A stretch of DNA of 61,570 nucleotides from a virus. Lineage: Duplodnaviria; Caudoviricetes. Of this stretch, positions 1 to 7,943 are shown one piece after another. The stretch lies in IMG/VR virus record IMGVR_UViG_2162886015_000002, positions 1-61,570 of that record; one strand, given 5' to 3'. A program made the position numbers and the translations under genes. How positions within the stretch are numbered: position 1 is the first letter of the stretch; every line of letters starts with the position of its first letter. The notes under the pieces were generated by a model. That model saw nothing but the letters and a program-made list of their open reading frames with translations. It was not told where the DNA came from and ran no database searches.

Positions 1-371
1 GGCGGCACGCCGCGGCCGAGGATATAGACCATGAAGCGCTTGTCCATCGGCGCGCGCACGACCTCAACCGCAATGCCGCGTTCGCGCAGCTCGTCCATGA
101 TCTGCTCGGCGGATATCGCAAGCGGCGGCAGTTCTTGGCGCGTGTCGGCGTAAAAAACCGTCAGCGTCCTGGGGCGCTGGATCTTGCCGGTATCGATCAG
201 CCAGCAGATGATCGTCAGCGTGGCGCTGCTGTCCTTGCCGCCAGACCAGGCGATGCCCCAATGCGGATGGTCAGCGCCGTAGGCCTGCATCGACTGGACC
301 GTCAGTTCGATCGATTCAGTCATTTGCAGGCGCTGTGCGCCAGCGGCGAGGAAGTCGAGCTGAAAGCTCAT
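1..371 (-). CDS. 5' part of DndC-like / PAPS reductase-family protein (continues across the junction into 60706..61570; 411 aa total)
   Basis: Manual translation from ATG at 371 gives MSFQLDFLAAG...HWGIAWSGGKDSSA...YADTRQE...ILGRGVPP (PP-loop SGGKDS). It joins in frame to PNNNTLRWCTRQIKIDP at the window end. Confidence 0.85.
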   Translation of the reverse strand, partial: MSFQLDFLAAGAQRLQMTESIELTVQSMQAYGADHPHWGIAWSGGKDSSATLTIICWLIDTGKIQRPRTLTVFYADTRQELPPLAISAEQIMDELRERGIAVEVVRAPMDKRFMVYILGRGVP

Positions 372-457
372 CCGCACACCTGCTGCACAATTCCGACCAC
401 CCACGCAAGTGCGGTCAGCCCCAGCACAATCGACGCGAAAATGATCAGGCCTTTCAT
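368..457 (-). CDS. 29-aa hydrophobic peptide
   Basis: MKGLIIFASIVLGLTALAWVVGIVQQVCG; ATGA overlaps with both neighbours. Confidence 0.55.
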   Translation of the reverse strand: MKGLIIFASIVLGLTALAWVVGIVQQVCG

Positions 458-816
458 GCGGCCCTCTTCCTGTTAAGGATTTGCGTCGCCAATGCCTCGA
501 GCTGTTTCTGCAACTCATCGTCGACATTCTTCTGCTTGTCGCCAAGAAATTTCTCGGCCAAGTAGTAGATCGGCGTGAAATCGCCGGTCTTCTCCAGATA
601 CTTTTCGAGCGAGTCGATAGAGAAGTGGCGTGATCCGTCATCGGAGAGCTGCACGCTGAGATTGCTGGGGGCTTGATCGAGATCGATCGCCACGCGTTTG
701 AGGCCACGCTGGTAGACACCGGTAGCCACGCAGTCCTTGAGGCTGCCATAGCGGTCTACAAGGCCAGGTTCAAAGTCGAGTTGCATTTGATTGCCTTTGA
801 TAGCTGCTGATGTCAT
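454..816 (-). CDS. CII-like transcriptional regulator
   Basis: HTH-like segment LKRVAIDLDQAPSNLSVQLS; position directly downstream of cro. Confidence 0.6.
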   Translation of the reverse strand: MTSAAIKGNQMQLDFEPGLVDRYGSLKDCVATGVYQRGLKRVAIDLDQAPSNLSVQLSDDGSRHFSIDSLEKYLEKTGDFTPIYYLAEKFLGDKQKNVDDELQKQLEALATQILNRKRAA

Positions 817-964
817 CTGTTATCGCCCCAATTCACCAGTTATCAATGCGTCTGGTTAAAAATGGCGCCATATCTGACGCCATTGGATTTTCTGAATGAA
901 CTACCTGAACGCCGGTCCCATCAGTACTACTAACGCCGATCCGCGTCAGCCAATACGCAAATCG

Positions 965-1294
965 TCATTCGGGGTTGTTACTTACGTCGCCAACCGGCGG
1001 CTGAACGTCGTCAGAAGCGGCAGCGCGATCGGTTACACCGTTCGCACTGTCCGCGATAGACTGGGCAGAACTGCGGATATACGCCCAGTCGAGATCACTG
1101 CGCAGATCTTCCACACGGACCCGCCGATTTGTGGCTCGCTCAATCTCGATACACTTGTTCGGAGGGACGGGTCGCTCCCCCGTGCACCATTGCTGCACGG
1201 TTGGAGGCTTAACGCCGACGGCGCGCGCGAGAGCAGATTTGCTGCCTACAATTTCGCAAGCGCGGAGAACGGCTTCTTGAGTGGTCGTGTTCAT
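965..1294 (-). CDS. cro: Cro-like (YdaS-type) regulator
   Basis: GSKSALARAVGVKPPTVQQWCTGERPVP...IERAT...EDLRSD; divergent from repressor. Confidence 0.85.
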   Translation of the reverse strand: MNTTTQEAVLRACEIVGSKSALARAVGVKPPTVQQWCTGERPVPPNKCIEIERATNRRVRVEDLRSDLDWAYIRSSAQSIADSANGVTDRAAASDDVQPPVGDVSNNPE

Positions 1295-1302
1295 GAAAGC
1301 TG

Positions 1303-1377
1303 ATTCTAGGCATAGCCTACGAAATGGTCAAGGCATTGCCGAAAATTCGTCTGTCCCGTATATACAGGCAATGCCTA
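1303..1377. promoter_or_regulatory. OR-like switch: three 13-bp operators and divergent promoters
   Basis: Operators TAGGCATAGCCTA 1307-1319, AAGGCATTGCCGA 1330-1342, CAGGCAATGCCTA 1365-1377. Minus-strand promoter TTGACC(1331-1326)-17bp-TAGAAT(1308-1303). Plus-strand TTGCCG(1336)-17bp-TATATA(1359) just before the cI ATG. Confidence 0.8.
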
Positions 1378-2279
1378 AAACCCCTGAACACATCGGCGAA
1401 CGCCTCAAGCGCGAGATGGACGCGCGCAAAATGACGCCCACCGAGGTAGCGTCGGCGTTTGGCGTCAAAAATCCTTCCGTCTACGACTGGATGAACTTCG
1501 GTCGGATCGCCAAAAAGCACATCCCAAAACTCGTTGAGGTCTTTGGCCATACGGCCAATTGGTGGATAACCGGCGAAGAAGAGCCAAATCCACCCGCTGT
1601 TCCTCAGATGGGAGGCGGAGGTCTCGCTGATAGGATCAAATCTGTTATCGACGATGCCGACGGCAACATCAGCAAAGTTGCAAATGCTGCCGGCACCACA
1701 GAGGAAGTCGTGGCTGGATGGCTATCTGGCAAAACGACTCAAATAGGTGTCGATCAGGCCGTGGCTCTCCAAGAAGCATTAGGCGTCAATTCCGTATGGC
1801 TGATGCTTGGGAAGGGCTCCAGGACAACCGCGATCCGTTACCACGACCCCTACGAACCAATCACCGACCTGAAATGGCGGGGCGTACCGGTGCAAGGCAT
1901 GGCGCAGTTAGGCGACAACGGGTTTTGGGCAGATGTCGAATACCCAGTAGGACATGGCGACGGCTACGTAGATGTCCCGACCAAAGACAAAGACGCATAC
2001 GCGCTACGTTGCGTCGGCGACTCAATGCGCCCGCGGATCAAAGATCGTGAGTTCGTCGTGGTTGAACCAAACCATCCAATCGAGCCCGGTGACGAGGTGC
2101 TCGTGAAAGCCAAGGACGGCCGCGTGATGGTGAAAGAGTTCCTCTACAAAAGGGCCGGGCGCGTGCATCTAATTTCCGTAAATGAGAATCACCCTCCGAT
2201 GGCCATCGAAGAGGAGAGCGTCGAAAAGATGCACTACGTCGGCTGGATCGCCAAGCCATCGGCATGGCGCCCTGACTGA
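1371..2279 (+). CDS. cI: CI-like repressor: two HTH domains plus S24 peptidase
   Basis: HTH1 TEVASAFGVKNPSVYDW; HTH2 SKVANAAGTTEEVVAGW; S24 motifs AYALRCVGDSMRP and VMVKEF. ATG 1371 preferred over 1281. Confidence 0.9.
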   Translation: MPKTPEHIGERLKREMDARKMTPTEVASAFGVKNPSVYDWMNFGRIAKKHIPKLVEVFGHTANWWITGEEEPNPPAVPQMGGGGLADRIKSVIDDADGNISKVANAAGTTEEVVAGWLSGKTTQIGVDQAVALQEALGVNSVWLMLGKGSRTTAIRYHDPYEPITDLKWRGVPVQGMAQLGDNGFWADVEYPVGHGDGYVDVPTKDKDAYALRCVGDSMRPRIKDREFVVVEPNHPIEPGDEVLVKAKDGRVMVKEFLYKRAGRVHLISVNENHPPMAIEEESVEKMHYVGWIAKPSAWRPD

Positions 2280-2293
2280 TCCGCAGGGGAAAA

Positions 2294-2488
2294 ATGGCTC
2301 TAATAAAATGCAAAGAATGCGGAACCGAAGTTAGCGACAAAGCCACAGCGTGCATCAAGTGCGGCGCTCCGTACCCGGGAAAGAGCTGGGTCGATCAGCC
2401 GGGGAATGGTTGCGGCGTAATCGTCTTGGGTTTCATTGTGTTCGGAGCCGCAGTTGCTCTGTGGATCTGGATCACAGGCGGTCACTAG
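2294..2488 (+). CDS. zinc-ribbon membrane protein
   Basis: CKECG...CIKCG plus C-terminal hydrophobic helix. Confidence 0.7.
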   Translation: MALIKCKECGTEVSDKATACIKCGAPYPGKSWVDQPGNGCGVIVLGFIVFGAAVALWIWITGGH

Positions 2489-2668
2489 TAGTCGAGCACT
2501 GGAAGTATCGGCGGCGGTGAGGTGACCGGATCGATCCTTAGTGTTTTGTGTACCACGCCACAAGGTAGGGTCGATCGCAATAAACGTCGTTAGAAATTCC
2601 TACGTATAATTTTGATCAAACAAAATGTGCGCGAGGATTTCCCTACGCGTCGCACCAGCGGAGGCATC

Positions 2669-2902
2669 ATGTCGCAAGTAAAAGTTACCGCATTTTGGGA
2701 TCCAGAGGCAAATGTCTGGTGCGCGCAGAGCAGCGACGTGCCAGGCCTTATTCTCGAAGCCGATACCATGCAACATCTAGTATCCGAGCTGGAAGAGATG
2801 ATTCCGGCGATGATGCAGGAGAACGGCATGCGCGTTGACGGAAAAGTCGAGTTTGATCTCGATGCGCAATATCACGGGACCGCCCACGCACTGGAGGCCT
2901 GA
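2669..2902 (+). CDS. HicB-like (DUF1902-type) antitoxin
   Basis: WDPEANVWCAQSSDVPGLILEADT; GGAGG RBS before ATG 2669; coupled to hicA. Confidence 0.75.
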   Translation: MSQVKVTAFWDPEANVWCAQSSDVPGLILEADTMQHLVSELEEMIPAMMQENGMRVDGKVEFDLDAQYHGTAHALEA

Positions 2903-3093
2903 TGGATTTTTATGCCGACGTAAGAACAATCCTAAGAGATCTCGGCTATGAACTCCACCGCTCAGGCAAAGGCAGCCATGAAATCTGGCGCAACCAGCAG
3001 CTCGGCAAATCAGTGACCGTTCCGCGTCACCTGAAGTCCCGGCACACTGCCAACGGGATTCTCAAGACAGTAGGTAGCGACCACAAGTTCTAA
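2902..3093 (+). CDS. hicA: HicA-family toxin
   Basis: LRDLGYELHRSGKGSHEIW...VTVPRH...TANGILK. Confidence 0.85.
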   Translation: MDFYADVRTILRDLGYELHRSGKGSHEIWRNQQLGKSVTVPRHLKSRHTANGILKTVGSDHKF

Positions 3094-3131
3094 GCCCCGC
3101 ATCGAGCGAGACTTTTCGTATCACCTAACCC

Positions 3132-3156
3132 AAGCCCGCCGCGCGCGGGCTTTTTT
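3132..3156 (+). terminator. intrinsic terminator
   Basis: AAGCCCGC-cgcgc-GCGGGCTTTTTT. Confidence 0.8.
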
Positions 3157-3198
3157 GCGTCTGTCGTTTCCTACCCCGCCGCCTCCAAAAAATATTTC

Positions 3199-3238
3199 TA
3201 GGCAACGCCTTGACATGTACCTAGGCATTGCCTACGAT
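3199..3238 (+). promoter_or_regulatory. pL-like early promoter with two repressor operators
   Basis: TTGACA(3210-3215)-17bp-TACGAT(3233-3238); operators TAGGCAACGCCTT 3199-3211 and TAGGCATTGCCTA 3222-3234 match the OR sites. Confidence 0.85.
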
Positions 3239-3280
3239 GGAGTCATTCCAGCGGCACACAAAACACATCGGGAGCCGGAC

Positions 3281-3667
3281 ATGGTCAAGAACAGCAAGCA
3301 ATCGTGGCAGGTGGGTTCGACGGTACGCGTCGGTTTCCTGAGCCTGATCGTCATCGCATCGCTGGCGCCGACCGGCGACGGTCTGCCGGGCGCTTACATC
3401 CTGACGAACAGCAAGCAACTCTTTTCCTTCGTCCCGCACAACGGTCTGTCCAAGATCTCCGACATCGAAGCGGTCGAGATGTGCGAAGAGAGCAAGCGGA
3501 TCACCGAAGCCGCCGCAGCGCGTGCTGCTGCCGCAGCCTCCCGCGTGATCAACAACGCCGCCGTGTGCGCGAAGCTACGCCAGATCGCAGGGGAGGCCGC
3601 TGAGTTCATCGGCATGTCGGATGTGGGCGGCGAGCAGTTCGCTCACTACCGCAATGTCGCCCTCTGA
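3281..3667 (+). CDS. hypothetical early protein
   Basis: GGAG RBS, ATG 3281, first gene after pL. Confidence 0.7.
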   Translation: MVKNSKQSWQVGSTVRVGFLSLIVIASLAPTGDGLPGAYILTNSKQLFSFVPHNGLSKISDIEAVEMCEESKRITEAAAARAAAAASRVINNAAVCAKLRQIAGEAAEFIGMSDVGGEQFAHYRNVAL

Positions 3668-3674
3668 GCCGGCC

Positions 3675-3812
3675 ATGATCACCATCGGCGCATTCCTCGA
3701 CGGCAAGCTGGTTTGCACGATCACCGTGCCGAACAAGCCGCGAGATATTGAGAGCGCAAAGCGTTGTCTTTCGAATTCGTATCCGGAAGCCAAGATCTAC
3801 CGGAAGCTTTAA
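3675..3812 (+). CDS. small hypothetical protein
   Basis: MITIGAFLDGKLVC...; tightly packed in operon. Confidence 0.5.
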   Translation: MITIGAFLDGKLVCTITVPNKPRDIESAKRCLSNSYPEAKIYRKL

Positions 3813-3822
3813 GGAGATCGCC

Positions 3823-3960
3823 ATGTCGATCCTAGCCAAAGACCTGATCGAACTGAACGCGCTGCCATTGCCGCACGGCACGCTGACAGAACATCTGTTG
3901 CGCGAAATCGCTTTGAACCTGATTTCGCCTGGCGTGCGCGACGAACGTGAGGGAGGTTGA
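3823..3960 (+). CDS. small hypothetical protein
   Basis: AAGGAG RBS; MSILAKDLIELN... Confidence 0.6.
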   Translation: MSILAKDLIELNALPLPHGTLTEHLLREIALNLISPGVRDEREGG

Positions 3961-3963
3961 GAA

Positions 3964-4062
3964 ATGGCTGCGACCTATCTGGCGATCGGACTTTCCCTCT
4001 GGGCCATAGCCGCGATGTTCGCGCTCGCTTTCGTGAGCGGCGCGCAGGGCCCCAAGCGCTGA
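3964..4062 (+). CDS. 32-aa membrane peptide
   Basis: GGAGG RBS; MAATYLAIGLSLWAIAAMFALAFVSGAQGPKR. Confidence 0.5.
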   Translation: MAATYLAIGLSLWAIAAMFALAFVSGAQGPKR

Positions 4063-4110
4063 TCTGGCGCTAACGCAATTTAGACCGAATCATTCATCAG
4101 GAGCCTCCAG

Positions 4111-4725
4111 ATGTTGAACATCGAACCGATCAAACTGCTCTCCGGTAGTCACGCCGACACGGCGCAGACGGGCAGCGGTTGTTTCATGAACGTGATCGCC
4201 TATCTCAACGGCGAGCCGCAGATAACCGACGAGTCGCCATGCGTGTGCCGCGCGATCCGCCGCCCGGCCATCTGGATCAACGACTTCCTGAATGATTCGG
4301 AACGCCATCTGCTGTTGCAGTTCGTGCAGCGCGCGATGGGTACGGCGACGGACGATGAGAAGGTGCTGCGCCAGCGGATCAGGCTGCTGATCGAGTACAT
4401 CCGAGATGTGGCTGGCCTTGCACATGACTTCGCACCCGATAGCGATGCCTCCAGGAGCGCGGCCTCGAGCCGGTTGCTTGCCGAGATGGCCGCGAAGCAT
4501 TCGCGGATCTACTGGACGCAGGCGGACTATTTTGGCGAGCTCGCAACTGATGCGGCATCGGCTGCGGGGGACGCCAGCAAGAATGCAGTGGAACGTAAGG
4601 CGCTCGTCGAGCGCACGTTAGCCTACCTCGAATCTGTCTGCCCGGCGGCCGATGCACCCAGCCGCGCCCTGATCGAGCGCGCGAATCGCCTGCTCGAACT
4701 GGCTGTCGCGCAAGGGGATGACTGA
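4111..4725 (+). CDS. hypothetical phage protein
   Basis: AGGAG RBS; GCFMNVIAYLNGE...TDESPCVC motif. Confidence 0.75.
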   Translation: MLNIEPIKLLSGSHADTAQTGSGCFMNVIAYLNGEPQITDESPCVCRAIRRPAIWINDFLNDSERHLLLQFVQRAMGTATDDEKVLRQRIRLLIEYIRDVAGLAHDFAPDSDASRSAASSRLLAEMAAKHSRIYWTQADYFGELATDAASAAGDASKNAVERKALVERTLAYLESVCPAADAPSRALIERANRLLELAVAQGDD

Positions 4726-5255
4726 TGAACACCGCACATTTCGGAGCGTCGTCGCGTCGGGTTCAGGTGCCGCAATTTGCGCATTCAGTCGAGCAGGGCG
4801 GAGTGGATACCGGCCTGTTTTCGCCGCCGGATGGATCGCAGCCTTATCGCCTCATCGTCGCGTTGTTGCCTGAAGCACGTCTCGCGCCGACTCCATGGGG
4901 GCCTTACGGTCTGGATGTCGGTGTGACCAGCGATTGGGATGGTCGCGCGAACACGGATGCGATCTTACGCGCCGACCCGGCGAACGTGATTGCGTGCCAT
5001 ATCAAGGATCTGGAGATCGATGGTCACCGCGACTTCCACTGGGCCTCGAAGCTGGAGACGGATCACCTCTATCGCAATGCGGGCGAACTGGTCTATGCAT
5101 TCCTCAGCAACGGGTGGGCTTGGACAAGTACGCAGTTCTCGGCCGACAGCGCCTGGGGCCAGGGCTTCTACGGTGGCAACCCCTACGGCTGGAGCAAGGA
5201 CGGCAAAGCCGGCGCGCTGGCCGTCCGCAGATTCTATCCTTCAGTTCTTCAGTAA
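4725..5255 (+). CDS. DUF1566/C-type-lectin-like protein with orphan VR-like C-terminus
   Basis: DGRANT...WASKLE...WAWTSTQFSADSAWGQGF...ALAVRRF; 3' end colinear with the DGR TR. Confidence 0.8.
   Translation: MNTAHFGASSRRVQVPQFAHSVEQGGVDTGLFSPPDGSQPYRLIVALLPEARLAPTPWGPYGLDVGVTSDWDGRANTDAILRADPANVIACHIKDLEIDGHRDFHWASKLETDHLYRNAGELVYAFLSNGWAWTSTQFSADSAWGQGFYGGNPYGWSKDGKAGALAVRRFYPSVLQ
5151..5233 (+). repeat. VR-like region 3 (diverged from TR)
   Basis: 83-bp ungapped alignment to TR 13876-13958 with identical 3' GCCGTCCGCAGATT but many non-adenine mismatches. Confidence 0.65.
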
Positions 5256-5269
5256 TTCAGCAGTGCGCC

Positions 5270-5468
5270 GCGCGTCGATTACGCGCACCGAAGCCACGGA
5301 GGCTCAATAGTCCGCAGCGGTGAGATGCCGCTGGGTGCCGGGAATAACCGGCGCCCTCAAATGCAGACGTTCGGCGGTACCGGTTGGGCTCCGGTGCACG
5401 AAACCCGACACGTTGCGCGGCGCAATGATCCTGCCTTAAGGAAGCGCTGAGCGTTTGCATCTGAGGGC
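5270..5468 (+). ncRNA. putative structured RNA (hairpins plus 24-bp closing stem)
   Basis: Arms 5353-5376 / 5445-5468 pair with 3 G-U and 1 mismatch; hairpins 5270-5286, 5315-5333, 5333-5356; no convincing ORF. Confidence 0.45.
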
Positions 5469-5501
5469 CAAGCACAAGTCAACCAGATTAGGAGTACTGA
5501 C

Positions 5502-5732
5502 ATGGGCAAGCATTTCACAGCCGAGATTTACCGCCAGCTCGAACGCAAGATGGATCGTGGTCTGGACGAGGCGATGGGCGACGCTCAGCCGCCGCTGACG
5601 GAAGAAGAGCGCGCAGCGGGTTGGGACGACCAGTACTGGGACAAGGTCGATGCGGCACCGCGCTCGGTTCGTCTCGGCGACGAGATGTACGCGCCGGGAC
5701 TGTGTCGCGTGCGGCTTGGGGCCGAGCAGTGA
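5502..5732 (+). CDS. hypothetical protein
   Basis: AGGAG RBS, ORF track. Confidence 0.65.
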   Translation: MGKHFTAEIYRQLERKMDRGLDEAMGDAQPPLTEEERAAGWDDQYWDKVDAAPRSVRLGDEMYAPGLCRVRLGAEQ

Positions 5733-5935
5733 CCCGTCCTTACTTCCTCCGCCGTCTGAGCGGTCGCATAGTCCGAGGCGTAGTCGGCAGCGAGCGCGTA
5801 CCGGTCCACCAGCTCACCGAGCGCGACTATGAAATCGCTGCGCTGATGCTGGGATTCACTGCGGGAGCTGGCGCAATGGCTTTCGCGATGCTGGTGATCA
5901 TTACTTTTTACTGGAGGCCGACATGCGGTCTTTGA
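5729..5935 (+). CDS. hypothetical membrane protein
   Basis: GTGA overlap; C-terminal hydrophobic segment. Confidence 0.5.
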   Translation: MTRPYFLRRLSGRIVRGVVGSERVPVHQLTERDYEIAALMLGFTAGAGAMAFAMLVIITFYWRPTCGL

Positions 5936-6120
5936 TGCGAGCCCGGGTGCTCGAACTGCAATACGAAATGCTGTGCGAGCGCACGGCACGTCGCCAGCAG
6001 GCGGCAAAGGCAGCGTTAGTGCGTCGCGGTGTTCAGCCTCGCGTCCGCATCAGTGGTGCGTGGGTTCCGCCGTGTGTTGCCCGCGTCTTTCTCTACACGA
6101 ATGTGCGAGGTCTCGCGTGA
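5935..6120 (+). CDS. hypothetical protein
   Basis: coupled overlap with neighbours (alternative start 5923). Confidence 0.5.
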   Translation: MRARVLELQYEMLCERTARRQQAAKAALVRRGVQPRVRISGAWVPPCVARVFLYTNVRGLA

Positions 6121-6284
6121 TCCGCGCCATGGACCGCTTCTACGAGAAGCATCCGCACATTTCGTTTGCGATCGCCGTCGCGTCCGTCGTCGCGATCATG
6201 TGGATCACGAGTGAATGGGACCGCGCCGACACCGCGGCGTTGCGCCTGCAGATGTGGTCATCGACCGATCGGAGCGCAACGTGA
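6117..6284 (+). CDS. small membrane protein
   Basis: GTGA overlap; ISFAIAVASVVAIMWI. Confidence 0.5.
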   Translation: MIRAMDRFYEKHPHISFAIAVASVVAIMWITSEWDRADTAALRLQMWSSTDRSAT

Positions 6285-6514
6285 GCATGCTCCTTGAATT
6301 CGATCCCGACATTCGCGATGCGGATGAAGGTACCTACGGCTACTGCGCCCAGTGCGAGTGCAACGTGCATAGCGCACGTGTCGACTTCGGTATCGGTGCC
6401 TACGAGTACTGGGGCAGCAAGGAAGTGCATCACGACTGGCGCGAGGTTTGCCCGAAGTGCGAGGGCGATTTGACCGAGGCGCGTTCCGAACTAGACGAAT
6501 CAGAGGAGGTTTGA
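6281..6514 (+). CDS. zinc-ribbon protein
   Basis: YCAQC...DFGIGAYEYWG...CPKC. Confidence 0.65.
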   Translation: MSMLLEFDPDIRDADEGTYGYCAQCECNVHSARVDFGIGAYEYWGSKEVHHDWREVCPKCEGDLTEARSELDESEEV

Positions 6515-6515
6515 A

Positions 6516-7919
6516 ATGGCAGAGAGCACCGAAGTCGCGGTTGTCGAGCAGCCGCAACAGTTGATCACCATCGAGCCGAAGAAGTATGTCGAACTGGTAT
6601 TCGAACCGTTCGCGAAGCAATTCGAGACCGCCAAGCGCGCGGTCCGCGAGGCCGCATACGACATCTCGACGACGGCGGGCATGAATACCGCCATCAAGTG
6701 GCGCGCCACGTTCCGCGACATCCGTGTGGCTAGCGAGAAGGCGCGCAAGCTTCGCAAGGCTCCAATCCTTGAGATTGGCAAGCTGCTCGATAGTCGTCAG
6801 AACGAAATTGAAGCCACGCTCTTGCCGCTCGAAACGTTATTCGATGAAGAGATCAAGGCCGAAGAGGGGCGGAAGGAAGCTGAGAAGCAGGCGAAGCTGG
6901 CCGTCGAGAAGGCACGGGTCGACGCCATCCACGCAAAGATTGACGCGATCCGTCGCACACCCGCCAGCTTTGCATTGAAGGCGGCGGCTGAATTGAAGGC
7001 AGAGGCCGACCGTCTGTCCGAGACGGTGATTTCGCTCGATGAGTTCGCCGAATTCACTGGCGACGCGAAGCAGGCACGCGGGAAAGCGGTGGAACAACTA
7101 CGCGAGTTGCAGGAGTCCGCCGAAGAGATGGAGGCTGCACAGGCCCGTCTAGCAGAAGAGCGCGCTCAGTTTGAACGCGACCGTGCCGCTGCAGAAGAGC
7201 GGGACCGACAGGCCGCAATGGTGCGCGCCGAGCAGGAAGCCAAGGACCGTGCTGCGCGCGAGGCCGCTGAGCGGGAACAGCGAGCTGCGCACGAGGCAGA
7301 ACAGCGCAAGCTGGACGACGAACGCCGAGAGTTCGAACAGCAGCAGGCAGTTCAGCAAGCGGCCGCCGACAAGCTGAACGCGGCCACATCCGAGATCCAA
7401 GGCATCCAGCAACAGGTAATCATCGCCACCCAAGGTCGTGCTGGTGTACGTGCGGGCGGCACCATCGAGTGCATCCGCGAAACGCTGGCCGAGACCGAGG
7501 TATGGGATATCGACCCGGAGCGCTTTGGCATCCTGGCTAGCGCAGCAGAAAGCGCCAAGTCTACTGCCGTTGCGGAGATTCGCCGGTTGCTCGCCGAGGC
7601 CGAGGCGCGAGTGGTGGCGGAAGCCGCGGCAAAGCTCGAAGCCGATCACGCCGAGGCGTTGGAGGAGAACGCGCGGATTGACGCGGCGCGTGCCGCTGCA
7701 GCGGAAGCGGCGCGAATCGAGGCGCAACAGCAGGCAGACGAGGCCGAACGCCTGCGCCGCGAGCGCGTGCAGTTCGCAATCAACGGCCCCGGCGATGCCG
7801 CGATCGTCGCACTGCTGGCCAAGCACTACGGCGTCAGCGATTTAGATGTCGTCGGCTGGATTGAGCGTTTCGATTCAAAGCCGTATGACGACAAGATCCA
7901 GCATCAGAAAGCAGCCTAA
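6516..7919 (+). CDS. long coiled-coil protein upstream of recombination genes
   Basis: Ala/Glu/Arg-rich helical 467 aa; GAGGAGG RBS. Confidence 0.8.
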   Translation: MAESTEVAVVEQPQQLITIEPKKYVELVFEPFAKQFETAKRAVREAAYDISTTAGMNTAIKWRATFRDIRVASEKARKLRKAPILEIGKLLDSRQNEIEATLLPLETLFDEEIKAEEGRKEAEKQAKLAVEKARVDAIHAKIDAIRRTPASFALKAAAELKAEADRLSETVISLDEFAEFTGDAKQARGKAVEQLRELQESAEEMEAAQARLAEERAQFERDRAAAEERDRQAAMVRAEQEAKDRAAREAAEREQRAAHEAEQRKLDDERREFEQQQAVQQAAADKLNAATSEIQGIQQQVIIATQGRAGVRAGGTIECIRETLAETEVWDIDPERFGILASAAESAKSTAVAEIRRLLAEAEARVVAEAAAKLEADHAEALEENARIDAARAAAAEAARIEAQQQADEAERLRRERVQFAINGPGDAAIVALLAKHYGVSDLDVVGWIERFDSKPYDDKIQHQKAA

Positions 7920-7943
7920 CCAGAATCCCTAAAGGAGCATCAC

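Noticed and set aside
4070-4100. weak ATTTAG/TCATTCA motifs (also near 9836) resembling the post-VR repeats
   Set aside because: Not in 8-bp tandem phase and no upstream VR; probably ordinary AT-rich RBS context.
5151-5233. currently active third target of this TR
   Set aside because: About half of the mismatches are at non-adenine positions; kept only as an orphan VR.
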